Positions 48,025 through 61,753 of a stretch of DNA of 64,000 nt are shown here, in pieces (the stretch's first letter is position 1; the number at the start of each line of letters is the position of its first letter). Below the pieces are notes generated by a model, which was given only the letters and a program-made list of their open reading frames with translations, ran no database searches and had not been told where the DNA came from. This DNA is from Laetmonice hystrix. Its lineage: Eukaryota. The position numbers and the translations under genes were made by a program. The DNA is taken from the NCBI GenBank assembly GCA_965235115.1, contig OZ249440.1, forward strand, positions 14,384,001 through 14,448,000, written 5' to 3'.

Positions 48025-51000
48025 AGCTGACCCATTAGGAAAATAGCAGCATCAGCAACAAGCAACTCCTTCCTTTGTGAAGCCTTGTCAGAACATGGAG
48101 TAGTTTGATAGGGAGCCTGCAAGAGGGCAGATATAGATCAAGTTATTGTAGGCGCATATGAAATTGGATGGTCAAGATCATGTGAAAAAGACGTGAGGAA
48201 AATCATCATCATTAGCATCATCAGGTGGAAGGGCTCACTTATCAGATGAAAGAAGGTGTTACAAAGATGATGTCATCATTTGAGAACATTCATCATGTGG
48301 AGTAGGAACTTTCCAGGTGAAGGGTTATCCAGTGCGAGGGACTGATCTCCGAACTTTTTTTTTTGAGGAGGGGGGAAGTTTATCTGTTGTCACTTGTGAG
48401 ACTAACTTATGTTAAATACAATTATCAGAGTGGGTTTGAATTATCAGAGTGGGTTTGCTAAAGCCATGGGTACTGTGAGGGATTGGTACATAGAGGTCTG
48501 TTGTTATATTTGGTTGGTGTGGCTGAGGCATGGACTACTTGAATGGTTCACACTCCTTGGTGAAAGTACAAAAAATGTTACGTTAACTCCTTAAACATGA
48601 ATACTACTCAAATAAACTAAAAACCTTCGTTAGGTTTACATACAAAGAGCACCTGAGATATGTCCCAGGTGTCCTTTTCTGTCAACTTTACCTCATTATT
48701 AGATATTTCAAATATCATACAGCCTTCCCTATAAATAGAAATTGAGACATCTTGAAGTTGACCTTCATACCATTGCCTTACAGTTAACGTTAGCAGTTGC
48801 TGTCGGATGTGTTCGCCAGAACTGTAATGGCCTTGTATGACCATATTATTCCTAGTGTAGACACAGACTGGCTGAAATTGAAGCCTGCCACAGACTGTTA
48901 GACTTCTTACTCTACGATCTTGTTACCAAAATTCCTCAGTGACCCAAATTATAGGAACAGTCTGGGGAACTCTGATGACAAGAATACTTTTGATGCAGTT
49001 GAAATAGATTTAAACCCAAGGTGAATATTGGTAAGAATTTTATCAGTCTTCATGTAGGTTTAAATACTGCATTTTGACTGTTTGTGGGTTATTGAGTGTG
49101 CTGGTGCTGATAAGGGGATTGCAAGAGAAGCCGGTGTTGTAGTAACATTTACTTTGTCTGAACTTTGGCTCCCATGAGGGATACGATGTCAGTAAAATGA
49201 TGAGATTTGGCAAAACAACTAAATGGAAAACAAGACTTTTGCCGATATAATTAAATCCATTGCAAAATTGGTTTCTTTACTTCAGATGGACAAAGTTAGG
49301 TGTCTTGGTATCTGATTAAAAAGTTGGTTAATTGTTGATTTTAGAAGTCCTTTTGGTTGTTTGGTTTTGTTGTTGTTTGTGTTTCTGTAAATCAAGAAAA
49401 TACTGCAGAAAATTAAAACTACTGGGTAACTTTTGTGAACGTTGTACAAAAATTTGCACAAACACACACAAAAATTTGTTTGAAATGCCTTCATGCAAAA
49501 TTTACTCAGGTACTATTTTCATAATTGTGTGTTAATGTTTGTAAGAGGGTGAGTGGCGTTAGACTGAAGTTAATTCCTGTGTATGTCCAAACATTACCGT
49601 TTAAAAAAAATGTTCATTTTTGATCAACATATAGAAAAGCCATCTCATTAAAGAAAAAACCCCAACACATTCACATTATTCCGTTGGTAATACTGGTTAT
49701 TGACTACTGTCGAACATGCGATTGATTTGTTTCTTTTTGAGAAACTGCTTAAACGAAAAAAGGTGTCAATGGTCAGTATCATTATGTAAACGTCAGTGCC
49801 ATAGTAAATTTATTTAACGCTGAGAATAGTAACATCAAAATACACTGGGGCACGAAATTTTTAAACGTCAGCTCAGTGAGAAAATGAGGCCAATACAGTG
49901 ACTCAGAATAGAGGGTAAACCATCTTAAACTGCATAAACTTTGTTTTCACCCCAGTTCTGAGGGACATCTGGTTGATCAGCACTCAGTTAGTCTGTGTTA
50001 GCATCAGCAGAGTGTCGCCTGTGTAATATACTGAAAGGGTGCATTAATATATACGTAGGTGTCAGGTGCGTGTATGCAGCATCAGGTTATGGAGTCTAAC
50101 TTTTTGTTTTGTTACTTAAGATGTTCGTGCTGGGTGATTCACAGAAAAATTTGATTTTCAGCTGTTATCTGGTTAGTCCTAGACCCTATACTGGATTGTT
50201 TCACGGTAAAGAATCTCCCGAGCTGAGGTCTTGTTTGTTTAGCCTAATGTGAACCCATGATATCTGTGCTGTGCACTCACCAGTGTTAAGATGTGCACAG
50301 CATGATATTCAGACAGGTTTCTTCAGAATGTGTATTGGGGTTCATTGAGATACTTGCACTTGTAGTTCTGCCTAACGTATCTTAGCAGGTAACCTTATCA
50401 TCCAGCAAACTGTGGCATGAAAAAAATGAAATAAACTGTAGCTTTTTAAGTTTATACAGGTGCAAAGGCCTGGGTGTGTGATGTGTTTTGTTCAGGAAAC
50501 TTTCTGTTTAAAAAAAACAACGTTTATCATGCCCCAACGGGACCTTAATAAAATTAAAGGAAGAAAAAAAAAGTTCAATACAATGTAATTATTGATGAGA
50601 ACAAGGAACCAGCAAGCTCAAGGACCAAGCATATGTAAAAAAAAAAAAAAAAAAAAATCCTGAAATGCACATGTGTATCGGGTAGTTTCATTGCTTGGAA
50701 ACATTGTATTTGCTTGACCTTAATTTGAGAATATTATGGATGTAGAGTCTTATATAACATCACTGTATAACGTATCAGAAGGAAGAAGGCAGTGTGTAAA
50801 ATGCCTCAAGGAAGCCTGTAAGTTGTTCTGAGCTTTGTAAGATCGATAGACCAAGTATAGGTCTGGGGTAAGATATAGCATGTCTGAGGTATCGTAATTA
50901 AATGTGTAGGTTTGATAAACCCCATTGGAGCTGTGTGGTTGATAATTTATTGTCGATATGTATCCAGGTGATGCAATAAAATCCATCAAAATATACCTGT

Positions 51001-51318
51001 GTTGTTTTGTTAAGTCAATGAGATCATGTAATATATGTTCTGGCAACATTATATTAACTCAAATATATTTTATTTTAAGGCATTAATTAATTAATTAATT
51101 TGAAAAAAGGAATATATCTCTGTATTATACATATATATAGATGTATAGGTGTATAGATATCCCTAAGTCTAAAGGGCCTGATCCACTGGCCCGGTCGGCC
51201 GATTTAGGCATTTTACCGTTATGATCGGCCGTAAAATCAAAAATCACGAATACATGTTTTCGGTGAGATGCATTCTTGAATTTTGTTCACCACGGCCAGC
51301 CATAGGCATAGCCATAGG

Positions 51319-51569
51319 TGGGTATTTGGGGTTTTACGCCTTGCAACAGCCAGGGTCATATCACGGCGGTGAAGATGAGATGAAAGTCAGTTTTTCTTGG
51401 TGGAGGAAACCGGAGTACCCGGAGGAAACCACCGACCTTCGGGAAGGAACTGACTGACAAACCTTTCACACATGCAGCCCAGGCCGGGAATCGAACCCGG
51501 GTCGCAGCGGTGTGAGGCGATGGTCCTAGGTGTCATGATGGAGCCGACACCTTAGACCACTCGGCCACC
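51319..51569 (-). mobile_element. tRNA-derived SINE with a 12-bp TSD, about 400 bp upstream of RAB28
   Basis: On - strand: A box TGGCCGAGTGG, B box GGTTCGATTCC, core GGTTTCCTCCGGGTACTCCGGTTTCCTCC resembling V-type SINEs. TSD CATAGCCATAGG at 51307-51318 and 51570-51581. Confidence 0.88.
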
Positions 51570-51835
51570 CATAGCCATAGGAAGTGTTGGGACTGCTGAA
51601 AGAGGATAGCGGCCTATTTGTTGACTAACTAACTGTATATTTTCATCAGATCAAAAAAAAAAAAAAGATTAAACTTTCTCATTCTGGCGTTCAGGATAAA
51701 TTTATTGAAGCCGGGGCGTATTCATCATTCAATATATAGGCAACTAAGACAACTCTTCCTTTAAATCTAGCAATGATCCTTTAAATTATCAGCGCGAAGG
51801 AACTGGAAATGCATGCTGGGACTAAAAGGAAACTC

Positions 51836-51847
51836 CGTGACGTCACG
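51836..51847. promoter_or_regulatory. CRE/ATF palindrome in the CpG-rich RAB28 promoter
   Basis: CGTGACGTCACG, a perfect 12-bp palindrome containing TGACGTCA, 117 bp upstream of the ATG. Confidence 0.5.
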
Positions 51848-51963
51848 AGGAAACACGATCAAAATATTTTCCGTCCATATTGGCGTGTACGAGTCGGCGG
51901 TCGGCACGTTGAGGGGCCCGTATTTTTTAACTGAACTGTTATTGAAGTCGCTCACAGTACGCC

Positions 51964-54900
51964 ATGTCTGACTCCGAGGAGGAATCGCCCGATAAGCAAC
52001 TGAAAATTGTTGTAATGGGTGACGGGGCTTCAGGAAAGGTGAGTGGATAGATGTCGACTTGTGACGACGGGTTGGCGGTAGGTCGCTCGATCACTTTCGG
52101 TCGGTCAGTGGCCGCCGTGTATGTTGATCGGCCTGACCGTGGGTGTGATGGTGACAGGGACAGCGCTATCAACTGTCAACCTCAACTGTCAAGCCGTTCT
52201 AACAGGCAAGGTCATGGTCCTAATGAATTTCACTCAGAGCACAGACATAGACACTGTTGTGTTGACTTAGTAACACTAACACGCTATATTGGAACCGTAC
52301 ATTATTGTGCACCTGCTTCTCGGCTGCAGAGACTAGAGTGGGTTGCTATTGAGTATTGCCCTGTGCCTGTGGTGGGCTATTTTTTTTGTTAATATTAAAT
52401 GGAAGAATATCCCCTTCCAAATCGGGTTTTAACACCAATGCAGCTCGGCACTTTTCAAAAAGGGGGGTGGCACGACATAGAATTTATGCAGTTTTCAAAA
52501 AGGGGGTGGCACGACTTGGAATGTATGCATGCCCTCGCCCTTGCTTTGGGAAGTTCTCCTTTATCCCCCATTTCGAGTTCACCATGCATGCACTCACAAA
52601 ATGCTATTAAATCTGTAACATCTAGGCCTACATTCTTACCATTATGACCTGATCATATAGAAATTGGGGGGTGCGACCGCACCGATCGCACCCCTCCCCC
52701 CCCCCCCCCCCCCCAGCTTCGGATGGCCATGCACAAGATCTCATGCAGAGAAGAATCTTTACAGATGAGATTATTTTGCCGTGATCATTCTGGGTGACAG
52801 GATGGGTGACGGCGAGGGACCAACCCCCTGGGTTAGAGTTAAGGTTAGGTTTAGGGTTAGTTATATTTAATTTTTGGTCCCCTATTATTGTGGATATAAG
52901 TTCACCTATCCACGATATTGTGTGCATACACTGGTATACGCACAATGTCGTGCGTACACAAAACAGTGCGCATGAATCTTGTGCGTATAGACGCAGCCAT
53001 GCAGCTCAATATATCTACGGTACCTGCCAAAGTTCGTTTATAGATGGGGGATATTCATCTTGAGTTGTCAACAAGGGGCATTGCGCATCCTCCATTCTAC
53101 CCCTGGCCTTGACTTGAGCTCAGCCCAGACTAAACCGTGGGAGGTTGACCTTGAAATCAACCTCAGTTTGTAGAACTCTGACTTGATATACGGTTTAGCA
53201 TGCGAAATTCCAAATGTTATCTTCCCTGATTTCAGCATCGACCGTCACTTTGCAAGCCTTTGGCTGGCATCTGAACTGTCACCGGCCTGCTCGGCTGGCA
53301 CAAGCTGTCGGTCTCAGCCTCTCTGCCATGCCCGTGGGAAAGTTATTCCACCCACTCTCTGGAAATTTAATGCCTACCCGTAGCTGCCATCGTTGGTTTG
53401 GCCATTCGACCACAACAACTTTACTCGGGATGATCCTATCGGCTAACCAGAAATGCAAGCAAATTTTTATGAATCGTGCTTCAGACAGTGCTGTAATCTG
53501 ATTGGTCGGGACTTGTCACTAACCGCACGGACGCTGCGAAGCACTCCCCCACGAGAATAGGCATGGGGTCCTGAGGGGAGGAATCACTGGAAGCGATTCA
53601 ACCCCGAGCGTGGGAGGATGGGGGATATTAGAGTGTCTCAAACCCGTCCAGTGTCACGAGTGTGACACCCGGAGATTGCAGAACGGCGGGTGATTCCCTA
53701 CCGGCACCGGCCTCCCATCTGCCGGGTCTGGTAGCACTGCCCGCGGCCTGGCTAAACAAAAGGAAAATATGCACCCAGAGATTGCAGAATGGCAGAGAAA
53801 ACAGACCGTGACACCGGCCTGCTTGGGTGATTCCCTACCAGCACCGAGCTCCCATCTGTCGGGTCTGGTAGCACTGCCCGTGGCCCATGTCAGTGTCACT
53901 GTGGTCATAGTCGGAAATACTGTCGTCGTATTTCCGACAGCCCATTGATTCAGCCTTGCGATATGACCTGTGACCTGTGGAGATATTTCCGGACCACAAA
54001 GTAGATTATTCATATTATGTGAGAAAAATAGATACTGGGTTTGTACATTAAAGATATCGTAAAACATTGGAAGATTCTCATCAGCTCATAAAGAAAAATT
54101 TTGTAGAAATTTATCAATTGTGCACCCTTGAAAAGGTATATTCAAATAATTCAATATTTAGAGCTAACCAATAAAATGCTATTCTCTAACAGGATGACAT
54201 GAAATTTGAATAATACTTTGTTCAAATTCAGACATCCTTGACAACACGATATGCCCAGGAGCAGTTTGGCAAGGAGTACAAGCAGACAGTTGGACTGGAC
54301 TTCTTCTTGAAGAGGATTGAGTTACCAGGTGAGCATTGGAAAGGCTGTTGGCATGGTAACATGGGGCAATATGAGTCTTTATAGGGGATTAACTTGCAAG
54401 GCTGATTGTAACAGCAAGTGAACTGAACCTAGGTCTCTAATTGATTGCTGGGTAACCCCTTTTATAAATCAAATTTAACATTGAAGTTGATCAGTGGTGA
54501 TAATATAATGAAAGTAAAATATTTAGCAGTGATTGGGTCTGCAGTAAAACTTACAGACATTGCTATCTTGAGTGACATTGTAAATTTGTATGACCCGTGG
54601 GTATTAATTTTGTAGGAAATGTACACTGTGCACTACAGGTGTGGGACATTGGAGGACAGACATTAGGGGGCAAAATGCTCGACAAGTATATCTATGGTGC
54701 ACATGTAAGTCTTGACTTCTTTACGAGTTAATTGTCACACATTGGTGATGCTTTAATTTTTATACCAAATAACCTACAGTAGACAGGCAGTCAGGCTAAG
54801 AAAAAAATGTTATTTGCTAAAATTGTTGTTGTGTAGGATGTATGAAGACGTTTTCTACCTTTGTGGACATGGTCAATGCATAATCGGTAATGATAGTTTA

Positions 54901-55921
54901 ATATTTTTCTGTGGTTTTACCCTGTTATTTTATTGGTTTGTTTCAGGGAATCCTGCTGGTGTATGACATCACAAACTACCCAAGTTTTGAGAACCTTGAG
55001 GATTGGTATTCAAGCATAAAGAAAGTGTTTGAGTCAGAAGGGAAGTTGCCTGTTGTAGCCTTAGTAGGAAACAAAAGTAAGGGGAACAACTTGTTCTGGT
55101 CTTAGAAGAAATTTGTGACATATAATTTATATTGCTTAAGGCTTGCAAAGATGTGATATCTCATATTTGTGCAAAATGCCTTTTGCTACTTATTGAATTT
55201 AAATTCAAACCATTTCTAGTAAGAAGAAGTAAAGTCCCTGGTGACATTTACATTTCCTTTGTTTCAGTTGATTTGGAACATATGCGAACAGTGAAAGTGG
55301 ACAAGCATCAAAAGTTTGCCTCCGAGTATGGGATGTCCAGTCATTTTGTGTCTGCAAAGACAGGCGACTCGGTGAGTGGCAATTCATTGCAAGTGAAAAA
55401 TTCTCTCAGTAAAGAAGGAGATTTACCTTAAAAAGATTGAATATGCAAAGACCAGTTACCATCATAGTATATATTTGAGTATAATGGACATTTGTTGAAA
55501 AAACATTTAGGGACGAGAATCTTCCATGGATCCATGGATTTTTTCCCCACTTCATCAAGCATTCTAATATCATATAATGGCATATAATATCATAAGGTTT
55601 CCGAATTTTTTATGTTTTCCATCGTTATCCATGATCATCCCTGGTTGTTGTTGTTTCTGTCTATGTAAAAGTTAAAAATGAAAAGTTGACTTAAATATTT
55701 CTTGATCAAATTAGTATAGTAAGTGTTTTATTTTGTTGTTTTCCTTGCAGGTGAATATTTGTTTCCAGAAAATAGCAGCAGAGATTTTGGGGATCAAACT
55801 TACACGGCCAGAACTTGAGCAACAACAAAGAATTGTCAAGGCTGAGATTGTTCAGTACACAAGCAATCAAGAATCAAAAATTCATGCCCCACAGAAAACG
55901 TCCATTTGCTGTATACAATAG
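51964..55921 (+). CDS. RAB28: Ras-related GTPase Rab28, 221 aa
   Basis: Exons 51964-52038, 54232-54328, 54616-54704, 54947-55076, 55268-55371, 55751-55921 join in frame (666 nt). [62 protein letters not shown], and C-terminal CAAX CCIQ. Confidence 0.97.
53061..53164 (+). repeat. Dispersed repeat, homologous to about 12440-12530 and 13112-13201
   Basis: Shared GAGTTGTCAA..GGGGCAT.GCGCATCCT.CATTCTACCCC...AGCCCAGACTAAAC...GGAGGTTGA.CTT. Confidence 0.8.
53660..53940. repeat. Internal direct repeat (about 60 bp, twice) ending in a hairpin; probable non-autonomous element in RAB28 intron 1
   Basis: GGGTGATTCCCTACC..CTGGTAGCACTGCCCG at about 53688-53747 and 53826-53885; hairpin GTCGGAAATAC-N7-GTATTTCCGAC near 53910-53938. 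Confidence 0.55.
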
Positions 55922-58900
55922 CCAGGCGACAGGTAAAAGAAAAAACATTCCCACTGATTTAGTAATGTACAAGTTGTTGAATATGATGGGTCAAAAGGTA
56001 TTTAAGTGTGTTGGTATCAGTTTTCTCTAGTACTACTCTAGTTTACAGTCTTTTAAAACTTGCCTACAGATGAACCAGTCACAGCACAAATTTACTTTAA
56101 GTGTTGGCTTGGTAACCCATTTTACCAGATTATGAAATAAGAACCTCTGCAATACAGATCGCTAGATTAGAACTTTTCTTTTTAATTGTTCATGAAAAGA
56201 ATACCTATATTGAGTAACAATGGGCACAGTTTGTCCCTGGAATGTAGGGTTTTAGTGCAGTAACGTTTTTGGAGCTCATCCTCGGGACCCAGTTTCTTGA
56301 TTTGTAAGTTTACACTTCCGATTGGCTGATCCAAGCAGACCAGCCAATTAAAAGTGTTATGTTGTAGCAAGAACTAAAAAAACGAGCCCGATTTGCAATT
56401 TCGGTTTGAAGAATCTCTGTAGACTAAAAACAAAAGACCCAAAGCAAAGCAGTCGTGCACATCCACTCACATGTGCAGCGACTTGGATGATGTGTATGTA
56501 CACACGTGTATATAAGTAACTATTGGCATGTTGTGGAGATTTGTACTTTAGTATCAGTAATAGTAAAGATGAAATCAAGTGGAGAAAGAGTATTATTATT
56601 CAAGAATTTACTTTCACACGACTACCGGTATGTGTAAAAACTCCAGCCCATGATGTGATAGTAAGATTTGTAACATTCCGTTGTGTTATATTACATTAGT
56701 ATTCTCAGTGTCCACTGTACTGCACTTACAAAATTTAATTATGCATCTAGATCTACAAAACCCTTCCTGTATTTAGTGTTTTGTTTTGAATAATTCAATT
56801 TTTGACTACCGTGTAGTTATTTCAAAGTCACTGTTGATTTGAGCGTCTCCACATTTGCTGTAACCCTGTTAGAATCAAAGACATCAGATTTTGATCATCA
56901 TGGCCATATTTCTCAATTACTTGGTACAAATGTATCTTGTTTAAAGGACAGTTCGCGATTCGACAGCTGCTTTACATTGCTATGGTTTGACGAGTTGTTT
57001 AATGAATATTGAATGGTCGACATGCTGAAATACTTGCTGATGTCAGTCATTGGTTGACAAAAGACACACACATCCACCTTTTGTGATGAGATGATCGGAG
57101 CGCTGGCTGTTTCATTTTCTGAGAAGGGGTCCTCTGAGAAATACTGGGCATATCATGTAGGATTTTGTACATGTATTGTGTGTATATTTGTGCAGGCTTG
57201 AGTTTGGTCACTGAAAAGGTTGCCTACATTTTTTTAGAATTGAAACTAGAATCAGGAAGTGGTACCGGGTACACCAGGAAAGTAAGACAGCAGTGATCAT
57301 TTTGGAAATGTCATGAAATGGTTACGAAACCCATTTTAATATCCCATTCAAGTTTCAACCTAGGTGTTCATGCATCCAAACACCCAAAAACTCCAGATCA
57401 TAGTTGCAACCATAGGCTAATGGGGCAGTGGGATCTGCTTTAAATCCCTGATCTGGCCACCTTATCGTGAATGTTAGATTGTTGGGGTAAATGTACATCC
57501 CCCACACTCATACCGTCCAGGAAAGAAACATTTTGAGTTGTTTTAGTAGATCGGTAGATTTAGCACAATGCCGTGGGACTGCCTTAATTAAGGATACTGT
57601 GTTACCTGATACTCACAAGTAATAAGAGTGTGTGAGACCACGTGGAACAGAGTCATGTGGTGATGCTTTATTTAGCAGTAATCAGCTTTCAACTTTATCA
57701 TTAACTGAATTTTCCTCCAGGCATGTGAGCTTTAATTGGACACACATGTATGACTAGGATTACCTCATACATTCAATATGGTACCGAGTTAGAATGAGGA
57801 GGCTAGATTGAAGAGCAACCAGTACAGGTAGGACCTAACCTGTCAATGCGACAAGGCTGGAGAAGTAAGTTTCTGCGACTGTCAAGAGTCATTTCCTACA
57901 ACCTAATAGTATTGTATGTGTAAATATTAATGGTACATTTGTTTTTAACTCAGATTTTTCAGAATAAGATTTTTTTTCTTGACATATTTCCCGGTGACTT
58001 TTAAAAAGAAACAAACCCAAAATTACAGAATATCACCTCTTTTATTTATTGTTTTCTGTTGTACATGTTTTGTTACGCAGAACTACTAAAAATTCCGAAT
58101 GTCCAACAAAATGCATGACAATTATTACAAAAGGTTATACACGTAGTTGTAAATGAGGGAGTTTATATACAAATGCACAGACAAATGTCTGTATATCAAT
58201 AATCAATAATACAGATATTATAAACCTAGCAAACTTGGTCACATAACATGACCCTGTGTACATAAGTCAATAAAATATTTGTAAAGAAATACTATTTTTG
58301 ATTGTTGGTCGTGATTTACTATTTGATGCAGGAATCCTTGGTACCTTGGCCAAGGAACGCAGGGACCGTATGGCAGTTTGTCTCTGATATCTTGTGACCA
58401 TGCTGGCTTCAGTGCTGGACCATAAGTCTGTTATTGTTAAAGTCGCTTCCCAGTCGATGTTGACTTTATTTACTTCCATAGTGCTTAGTAACTGGTTTGT
58501 CATGTGAAAAAACACTTTCATTTTTGTCTCACGTTTCTGATTGCAGGGCTACCATGTTCAGTGATATGATCTATGGGTCCCATCGGTTTGCAGGAATTGC
58601 TGGTAAATGAAAAAATATTTCGATTTTTGCCAAGAAAATATATTGCCAAGTGCTAGTTTTGAAATAAATATTTAGAGATGCGTTAACATCTATAACAAAT
58701 TATCTAATACACATAATCTAGAGGACAAGGTCAGGAAAATAATAACATCGTAGCAAGTGATTAATATATCCAAAATTGCTCTACTTCAATTTACCAATAG
58801 TTTTAAAAGCAGTTTAGCTTTCTTGACTACTGCATGTATTATTACTACATGTATATTAAGACATTTCCCTATTCCTTTTTTTCTTTCAGTTTTTCTATGT

Positions 58901-59127
58901 GTAATGCTGTAATGTAATGTAGTGTACTGTAGTGTAGGCTGATTAAATCATCGATATACTAAGGAACTGAGACAGTAAGATTAGCCACAATTTGCATCCT
59001 GTTCACATGCAAACAAATGACAAACTTGAGTTTTCTATAATAAGTAACAATTTGTATTCAGTCAACTAGAGCATAGTTTCCTGAAACATATAACCTAATT
59101 AAGAGATAGCTGTAGCGACATTAAATG

Positions 59128-61753
59128 TTATTCAGATTTATGGGTAACATTCAGGCCTTCGGCCGTTACTACTTCTGCATTGCTGGATTCTGTCATCTTG
59201 CAGCGTGATCCACCTCTCTTGTCTGGTGCAGCCTTCAGTTTATTTTGGAGGGCCAGGTTTATAGCTTTTTGGTCAGTTCTGGGAAAACGATCAAAGCAGG
59301 TCACTGAAAGGGGAAATACCAATGAGTATACTTGCTCTTTGCTGTATAGATACATGTTCTGGTAGATAGGATGCATATAACAACAGCGCCGGGGGCGGGG
59401 GGGGGGGGATTCTGCAGTTATTGCTATTGGAAAGAATTGAATCCAAATGTTATTTACCTTTAAGCATAGAAATAATAAGGGCCCTTGCTGGCTTTCAAAA
59501 CTAATAAGCCAATAACCTAGCTGTTTTTATCCAAAATTCAACAAATTTTATGCAAGAAAATTCACCAATATGGATTTTTCCTTGCCAGTTTGAGAAACTA
59601 GTAGCCATTGATGATTTCGTGACCGAGTAGCATGGCCCCATGAATAATGATAAATAAATGTATGCCATTCTTTACATAAACACACTTTATAGCTTTGAAA
59701 TATAACTTAGGAAAATATTAAAGTCTATTAAAGTCATGAAGAACCTATTTCTATGACTTACAGGAAAATAAAGTGCAGATGTTGCCAAAATCAGAGAGGC
59801 GCTTCTTTCCTTTTTGTCCCTTTAAGCTGAATTGTGACCATAGGTGGTTAGAACCAAGTCTTGCCATCACCAGTGCCACAGTTTCCTGCACAGTTTTCCC
59901 ACCTAGTGAGTAGAGGACCTTCAACTGAAAACCAATAGTACATTTTATTCATTATATACAAAGTAAGTCACAGGTTAATAATCTTCTACCAAGTACCGGT
60001 ATATCAAATGGCTTTACTAGACATCACTTAGCATTACAGTGGAGTACTACTTTAACAAAATTATGCCATTTTGAACTGTGAAGAGGCACCAAGCACAAGT
60101 GACACTTAAATACTGACTTAGGTTTGCCTGACTTTTTTCAAAGAAACTTGATGATAATGAGAATTTATTACAAGATAAAGTAATGGCATATGTTATTACA
60201 TGTACTTTGAAAAGAACCTGATCAAATGAAGACAATGAACTTTCCACCTACCACTTTCCGCATTAGATTTTCATCATTGAGTTCATTATTAAATATAATT
60301 AGCTCATCCTCTGTGTCCAGTGGACTGACCAACACTGAGCCCACTAAAGATTCCATCTGTGGTTCAGGTTGCATCACATTCCCTTCAAGGATACCGAGAA
60401 TTCTGTCTTGGTTGGCAAGAATTGCTGACTGGTTAGCAAGTATCTGACGGAGGAGCTGTTCACAGTCTGCCCCTGTCAAAGGATACCCAAAAAGGAAGAT
60501 TTTAAGACATTATGTCGGAAGATATAAATTTTCTATAAGAGGTTAGCGTTACTCTTCAGGGATCAGTCATCTGTGTCATGAGAGAATATCTCATGTTGAA
60601 TTAAATGGGATTTTCTGATTTTATATTTAAGAGAACATCAGAATAATATTGAGATATTACTGTACTGAACCATAAAAACACTGTTTTTCTGTTGAGAATA
60701 AAATGTTGGGGGACATTTTAAGTTATGTAAGGTTATAAGGCACTGCTTGCCTCCTCTCAGCTATTAAAATGTTTGAAATTTAAAAAAAACCCTTTTATTC
60801 TTATTTATTTTCAGCATAGTATAACAGAATATAACAAACATATGCGATGGACATTACAGAAAGGCGTCAAAAACTGAGAGTTTATTACAAAGGTAGATCT
60901 GTGCAGGGAGTGAATATCTTTCAAATTAAATTAATGAAAAAAAATCTTGCCAATCTCACACCTGTAGTTTCAATGGCACCAGCACTTGGAGATGCTGAGG
61001 ATGGTGGTGCACTACTATACTCATCTTCTGGGTTATGTGTTTTGGTACTGGCAATTAAGCTCCACAAGTTTTTAGTTTGTTCATTGCGATGTTCAACATC
61101 CATGAAATCTAATGCCCGATCTGCCGAGGATGTATTGACTGGAGTTCTAGCCATAGCAGCAAGCACAGAACAATCTATTGGAGGTCTATTCTTGGTTGCA
61201 TTCATTGATGTTTCATGTGCCACATCACGGCCACCGGTCTCAGACATATTGTAGATCATAAATTGACTGAGCACTGTGAATTAGTGCTATGCTGTTGGCT
61301 TTGCCTGTCCTTCTTTCCTTCTGTCCTTCTATGTTAGACCCATCCACTGGAACTGAGGACTGGAATTGTAAGATGTACAAACATCAGGGTGGACAGTTAC
61401 TAACACTGTGTCAGTGTGTATAGACTATAGTAACAACAGTTGGTATAAAATACTGAATAAACGTTTTATCAACGTTAGTATGTATGAATAAAACGTTTTT
61501 ATGACGTTTAGTGTCAGCAAACATATATGCAAGAATATGTTACTTAGATTTTACCAAAGTATTCTGGGACAATGGTTATTTGAATGGTACTAGAAAACAG
61601 GTTATGAGATGCCTGGTCCAGGAATCGGTGCAAGTGCCACCCCACCCCCTTCCCACCACACTGAGACTGTGGCCGTCGTGAAGGCATGCATGTTGTTGTT
61701 GATGTCAGCTGATCGTGAATTATAATCCTTCCATTAAATAACACCAGTAGCAT
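59128..61753 (-). CDS. Spliced gene encoding a DUF4806-like protein (about 356 aa), a family usually transposon-associated
   Basis: GT-AG exons with matching phases: 61753-61555 (tentative first), 61273-60962, 60472-60252, 59924-59762, 59303-59128. C-terminal part: QILANQ..SPLDTEDELIIFNNELNDENLMRKV|LKVLYSLGGKTVQETVALVMARLGSNHLWSQFSLKGQKGKKRL..|..NKLKAAPDKRGG. A probable non-coding exon upstream has a GTAAGT donor near 61850. Confidence 0.75.

Noticed and set aside
50637-50657. Poly-A tract as a retrocopy tail
   Set aside because: No TSD or upstream coding homology is visible; probably a simple homopolymer near the RMND5 3' end (AATAAA at about 50547).
51480-51569. tRNA gene
   Set aside because: A and B boxes are present, but the spacing is extended, there is no cloverleaf, and a SINE body and TSD follow.
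52828-52862. Telomeric repeats (also near 16455 and 62150-62235)
   Set aside because: Only a few degenerate TTAGGG-like units inside inverted-repeat elements; not telomeres or fusion sites.
58267-58521. ORF as a transposase partner for the DUF4806-like gene
   Set aside because: Short, no recognisable motif, and downstream of that gene's stop codon.
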